This document shows, piece after piece, positions 23,201-26,250 of a DNA stretch of 26,250 nt. Under the pieces are notes generated by a model. It saw only the letters and a list, made by a program, of their open reading frames with translations. It had not been told where the DNA came from and did not search any database. Within the stretch, counting starts at the first letter, position 1. Each line of letters opens with the position of its first letter. A program made the translations under genes and the position numbers. Source of the stretch: a virus (lineage: Duplodnaviria > Caudoviricetes); IMG/VR virus record IMGVR_UViG_3300037423_002154, positions 1 through 26,250 of that record. One strand, 5' to 3'.

Positions 23201-26188
23201 GGAGGTATCGACGCCGTTGGGGTCGAAGTGCGGCCAGTTGAAGTTGATGCGATAGGCCACCTCGCCGTTGCTTCCCGTGGTGGTCGAGCGCTCGATCTTT
23301 TGCTGGAACTGCCCCGCGGCCGTGCCCTCGGCCAGGCCACGCGATCCCCAGCGGTTGTCCTCGACCCAGTAGGCGTGAGTCGGGCTGCCAGCTTGCAGCA
23401 GGTCCTTCGGATGGCGCGCCAGGTTGGTGATGGTCGGCGCCGTGGCCGTGGGTGTGATCGAGGTGGTGAGTTCACCTGGCTCGGCGGGCGGGGCTGGAGC
23501 CGGCGCGGGCGTCGTGATCGGCCCGGTGCCGCCGGCGGCCGGCTCCGCTACGGACGAGTCGTTGAAGTTGCCACTGATCGTCATCCCCGTGTTGCTTTGT
23601 TCGAGGACGGTGGTGCCCTGCGGCCAGCCGATGATGTTGTTGTTGGTGCAGGTGCCGCTGTCGCCGAAGACCCACTGGATACCCCAGCGGTCATTCGTGG
23701 CCGGTGCCTCGAGGCGGTTGCCGGTGACGATGACGTTGTTGTTGCGCCTGTTCGCACCATCGCCGGTGATGAAGAAGCCGCGCCAGGCGCCGCGCACGAC
23801 GTTGTTGGAGAACGTGATGCGAATGCCCGCGTGCGTGTCCAGGCCGTGCCAGGTTGGCACGTTCTCCACCAGGTTTGCGTCCACCAGGACGTCCGTCGGC
23901 TGGGGATTGACGGACGGGTTATTCGAAGAGAGTGTGATGCCGTAGGCGTTGTTCGACTGTGTCGCCGCGCCGACCACACCGATCCTGCGTACCGTGTTTC
24001 TCTGGATCATCCCGCCCTGTGGGGAACATATCATCATGCCGGCGTAGACCGTGTCTTCGACGACGTTGCCCTTGATCTGAGCATTGCTCGTGAAGTCGGT
24101 CTGGATGCCGGCGTTGCCGAACCGGGTGATCTTGCAGTTGAGAATCTGCAGGCCGGTGATGCGAGCTGCCGAGGTGCCGGCCGCATTGACGCCAATTTCG
24201 CCGCTGTTGAAGGCCGTCGCCTGCGCGCCGGTGATCGTCAAGCCGTCCAGGACCACGTTGTTGGCGGTGACGTTGACAGCGGTCTGCCCCGCGGCGGAGG
24301 TGATCGTCAGGCCCTTGATGGTCAGGGCCTTGTTCACCGTGATCGCGCCCGAGTAGGTGCGATTGGTCATGTCCAGCACCGCGCCAGCAGAAGCCGCGGT
24401 GATTGCCGCCTGGGCGTCGATCGGCGTTGGAGCCGTCGATCCGGATGCCAGTTTCACCGACACGTTGTCGATCGCGCAGGAGATGGCGCCGCCGAAAAAT
24501 TCGATCCCTGCACCCGAAGTACCAGCCGTGAGCTGCATGGTCTTGGTGCCATTGGACGTGAAGGTCTGGGCGCCGCCCCCGCCGATCCACACCCACAGGG
24601 TGCCTGCCGTGTAGTTCAGGACATCGAAGGAGACGTCATAAATTGCCCCGGCAGTGGGGACCATGTTGTGCGTGAGCGAGGACGAAGTCGCCGTCGCAGT
24701 CGCGATGCCATTGGCGATCGACCACCCTGTCGGGGCCGTCCAGTTGGTAGCTCCGTTGCTGAAGTTGCCGTTGGTCGCCAGCTCGGGAGCCGACGGCGCA
24801 GGGGGCGGTGCGGGCGTGGCGACAACGCTCTTGGCCTGGTTGGCGCCCCAGGACAAGATCAGGTCGCGCTGGGTCAAGGTCAGCGCCGTGTTGCGAAAGA
24901 CCATACCGCCATAGAACTGGCCGTACAGGTGGTCCCAGCCTTCCCAGCCGCCCAGCGACATGTCCTTGAAGGGGTTGGAGAACAGCTGTATCGCGCTGTT
25001 GCCAGGCGCCACCGTGGCGCAGTTGGCCGACACGGTCGCGCCGGTGTCGATGCGCAGGTTCAGCTTGCCTGCGGCCAGGTCGTGCCACGCCAGGATGGCG
25101 TGCGCCCCGGCGCCGCTGCCCGCGTCGATGGGTGCCGACACGCTCACGCGCGAGCTGCCGGTGCCGCAGGAAAAGACGATGGCGCCCAGGTCGCCGTTGT
25201 AGCGCAGGTAGTAGCCGTTGGTCGCGGGCGCGCTGCCGCCAGCGGCGCCGGAGACGTCACTGAACAGCGTGTTGTAGAAGCCGCTTTCCAGGCGCACCAC
25301 CATGAGGGCGCAAAAGCCAGCGTTCGAGCCACCCAGACCCAGGCAGGTCTTGGGGTGCGAATAGATGCTCATGCTCGGCGGCGGGCCGGCGTAGTAGATC
25401 GGCGGTTGGGTCGGATCGTTGGCCCAGCTCAGCGCGAAGTCGGAGGTTCCCTGATGGTCCTTGAGGTAGCCGAAGCCACTGCCGTTGGTGCTGAAGCCAG
25501 ATGATCCGCTGCCGTCCACGGTGGCGTAGCGGTCGGCGCTGGTGGCTGGATACCACCAGGCACCGGTGGCGCCGCCGGTGAAGATCGCGGCCACCTGCGC
25601 GTCGGCGCCCGAAGCCACCGAGCCCGTGGCACTCATGGTGTCGCGACCCTCGAACGCGGTAAGCGTCATCTGTGGGCCGGTCGTGGGCGGTGGCGCCGGC
25701 GGGGGCGGGGTCGGCGCGCCTCCGGGTGCGGGCAGGCCCTTCATCACCTGGTTGCCGTACATGCGGGTGCCGTCGCTGTAGAACTGGTAGATGTCCTGCG
25801 AGTTGGCGGCAGTCGACTGCACCGGCGCGCTGGCAAAGACGTAGCCGGTGGAAAAGGTGAGCGTGCGCCCGCCCACGCCATCCTGGCGCACGGTGAGGGT
25901 GTACCAGCCGACCTTGCGGTTTCCCGGCAGCTGCAGCGTGCGGTTGCCGGTCAGCGTGAGCGTGGCGGCCTGGCCCAGGTTCGCATCCCAGACGATGACG
26001 TTTTGCTCCAGCAGGTCCTGGGCGGTCTCGCCGGGGTTGGTGAGCTGCTTGTTCGTGAGCGTCTGCGCGCCGGTGCTGGTGACGTCGCCGACCTGCACCA
26101 CCCAGCCGAAGCCATCGAATGTGTAGTTCTTGCCGTTGACGGTGGCTGTTAGCCCGACAGTCGGGCTCGACGGGAAGGAAAGAGGCAT
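20219..26188 (-). CDS. Giant modular fibre/glycoside hydrolase: fibre N-domain, LamG-like, CBM-like, beta-helix, GH12-like, GH18-like, GH8
   Basis: GAGGAAG RBS; domains separated by (PA)n linkers. GH12-like DNRWG/YPS/YDIW/HEIMI/LGVE; GH18-like YYTGW/TLGG/DGVDFNTFE/PQYY/VVLGL/FCW; GH8 RSEGMGYAM/ASDGDLDIAMALLMAHRQWG/YNALR. Confidence 0.85.
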   Translation of the reverse strand: MPLSFPSSPTVGLTATVNGKNYTFDGFGWVVQVGDVTSTGAQTLTNKQLTNPGETAQDLLEQNVIVWDANLGQAATLTLTGNRTLQLPGNRKVGWYTLTVRQDGVGGRTLTFSTGYVFASAPVQSTAANSQDIYQFYSDGTRMYGNQVMKGLPAPGGAPTPPPPAPPPTTGPQMTLTAFEGRDTMSATGSVASGADAQVAAIFTGGATGAWWYPATSADRYATVDGSGSSGFSTNGSGFGYLKDHQGTSDFALSWANDPTQPPIYYAGPPPSMSIYSHPKTCLGLGGSNAGFCALMVVRLESGFYNTLFSDVSGAAGGSAPATNGYYLRYNGDLGAIVFSCGTGSSRVSVSAPIDAGSGAGAHAILAWHDLAAGKLNLRIDTGATVSANCATVAPGNSAIQLFSNPFKDMSLGGWEGWDHLYGQFYGGMVFRNTALTLTQRDLILSWGANQAKSVVATPAPPPAPSAPELATNGNFSNGATNWTAPTGWSIANGIATATATSSSLTHNMVPTAGAIYDVSFDVLNYTAGTLWVWIGGGGAQTFTSNGTKTMQLTAGTSGAGIEFFGGAISCAIDNVSVKLASGSTAPTPIDAQAAITAASAGAVLDMTNRTYSGAITVNKALTIKGLTITSAAGQTAVNVTANNVVLDGLTITGAQATAFNSGEIGVNAAGTSAARITGLQILNCKITRFGNAGIQTDFTSNAQIKGNVVEDTVYAGMMICSPQGGMIQRNTVRRIGVVGAATQSNNAYGITLSSNNPSVNPQPTDVLVDANLVENVPTWHGLDTHAGIRITFSNNVVRGAWRGFFITGDGANRRNNNVIVTGNRLEAPATNDRWGIQWVFGDSGTCTNNNIIGWPQGTTVLEQSNTGMTISGNFNDSSVAEPAAGGTGPITTPAPAPAPPAEPGELTTSITPTATAPTITNLARHPKDLLQAGSPTHAYWVEDNRWGSRGLAEGTAAGQFQQKIERSTTTGSNGEVAYRINFNWPHFDPNGVDTSDPNTGYPEVKGYPSLIYGAKPGYLGDDIWPAWDFAVRLPDGASVPTAPAGTPTNISSQWQALGGSVGLIKPSGKTPGSLLPKVVPITDGLLASFMWKHLAAPTGVGHLSYDIWLQDQTPNQIAGFAKSPITHEIMIPICNWGNYGTSHLVNTQPWSRNPAWYHGDVVIGGVRYHVYVAKNLTTNPITGVRGSGSYPGLQYNFMWDGIDGSYINEETGQPRRGWKFICFVPSMPIQTDSTGLVKVDFAGILDYCRQQKDERGVPWIAGTKYMMSAELGVEMVWGTADIEVFNYRVGQTLIAPGTSAPAPAPAPAPAPSSSSSFPSKVVGCYYTGWDTTYMIDQVPLDFNVIFLFNARPTAANDGSFSWPAGWEHVSPARVQTCRNRGQKVILTLGGSGFAFPFSTRTQSQNCVNSIKTMVSYFGGLDGVDFNTFEGTTGTSPTELVWIAQQLKGFYGVDFAITAPPGGNNTGGGSAAGYAGSDPSDLNLMGALKDAGVLTFCAPQYYDWSAYNLPGFISTRNRDWVARLGADKVVLGLSANYPNGPSLSDCTREWDICVNEYPTQRGAFCWNAITNLQGNNVWGSTMKQRVIGSGAAVAPAPAPAPSSTAAYPFGSRLDLAATSGRYPYGIMPTGYTNTQMDDMVRTCYNSWKGARLKSGNTYIAGTYFDDYGDGTRSEGMGYAMLITVLMAGYDANARTYFDGLFKLARLRPAYNMGSAAGANTYLMEWKLDTSLASGGGGYNASDGDLDIAMALLMAHRQWGSTGTWNYLQEAKNTIAALKAVNFAATGEQLMPQNTSRTSDYMIGHFRAFKKATGDTFWDTAITRSASLINTIITNYSPTAKLQPGFIMTPGTNPRPDTVNRVDGTGLEDKYDYNALRNPFRWGVDFIYSGDATWGTFARQNANWIKNETGSNPFNTASTYLLSGAANGSRWIHQAMNSCNMVGSMCDANLQGWLNTLFAAMVNNYKETEAYTAELNLLPLIVASGNWWNP

Positions 26189-26197
26189 TGATCTTCC

Positions 26198-26250
26198 TCA
26201 GATCGCGGTGATCCAGGCACCCGCGGATCCATCCAGGATCCAGGTGTAGG
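26198..26250 (-). CDS. 3' end of an upstream gene (partial, probably fibre-related)
   Basis: Open frame ...YTWILDGSAGAWITAI* ends 10 bp before the giant gene's ATG. Confidence 0.5.
   Translation of the reverse strand, partial: YTWILDGSAGAWITAI

Larger units (their letters stand above)
1215..26250 (-). mobile_element. Temperate phage / prophage / phage-plasmid segment (fibre, lysis and replication modules)
   Basis: Co-oriented, tightly overlapping genes for tailspike, holin/endolysin/spanins, PhoH, DnaB helicase, primase and ATP-dependent ligase. No element boundary is visible, so the element probably extends beyond the window. Confidence 0.92.

Noticed and set aside
21980-25504. 1174-aa plus-strand ORF
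   Set aside because: Antisense shadow of the giant hydrolase gene; no RBS or domain signal.
1-26250. tRNA/rRNA genes, integrase, att sites, intrinsic terminators
   Set aside because: None recognisable; intergenic gaps are short and lack hairpin plus U-tract structures.

Overview
High-GC (roughly two-thirds GC by eye) temperate-phage or phage-plasmid DNA, almost entirely encoded on the minus strand, with no host housekeeping genes and no attachment site in view. In transcription order (right to left) it has three blocks. (1) A virion-accessory/fibre block, 26250-13293: a 1989-aa protein carrying lectin/CBM, beta-helix, GH12-like, GH18-like and GH8 modules, four small conserved phage proteins, a pectate-lyase-3-type beta-helix tailspike, and a 1166-aa protein with about 31 tandem 21-23-aa repeats. 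(2) A lysis cassette, 13164-11411: holin, SAR endolysin, two unannotated coupled micro-ORFs, and overlapping i-/o-spanins. (3) A replication/nucleotide block, 11402-1215: HTH-metallophosphoesterase, PhoH, an iteron-like/AT-rich candidate origin, a conserved 235-aa protein, an Hfq-like Sm protein, DnaB helicase, a micro-ORF, primase, a WGR protein, ATP-dependent DNA ligase and a guanylate-kinase-like protein. The only convincing plus-strand gene is a lipoprotein metzincin at the left end. An 18-bp palindrome, TAAGTCA-N4-TGACTTA, recurs at seven gene boundaries, in fixed register with sigma70-like -35 or -10 boxes. The gene set recalls SSU5/pHCM2-type phage-plasmids (from memory, not verified). 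The most unusual items are the multi-glycosidase giant protein, the repeat unit it shares with the 1166-aa protein, the operator regulon, the phage Hfq and the candidate origin.
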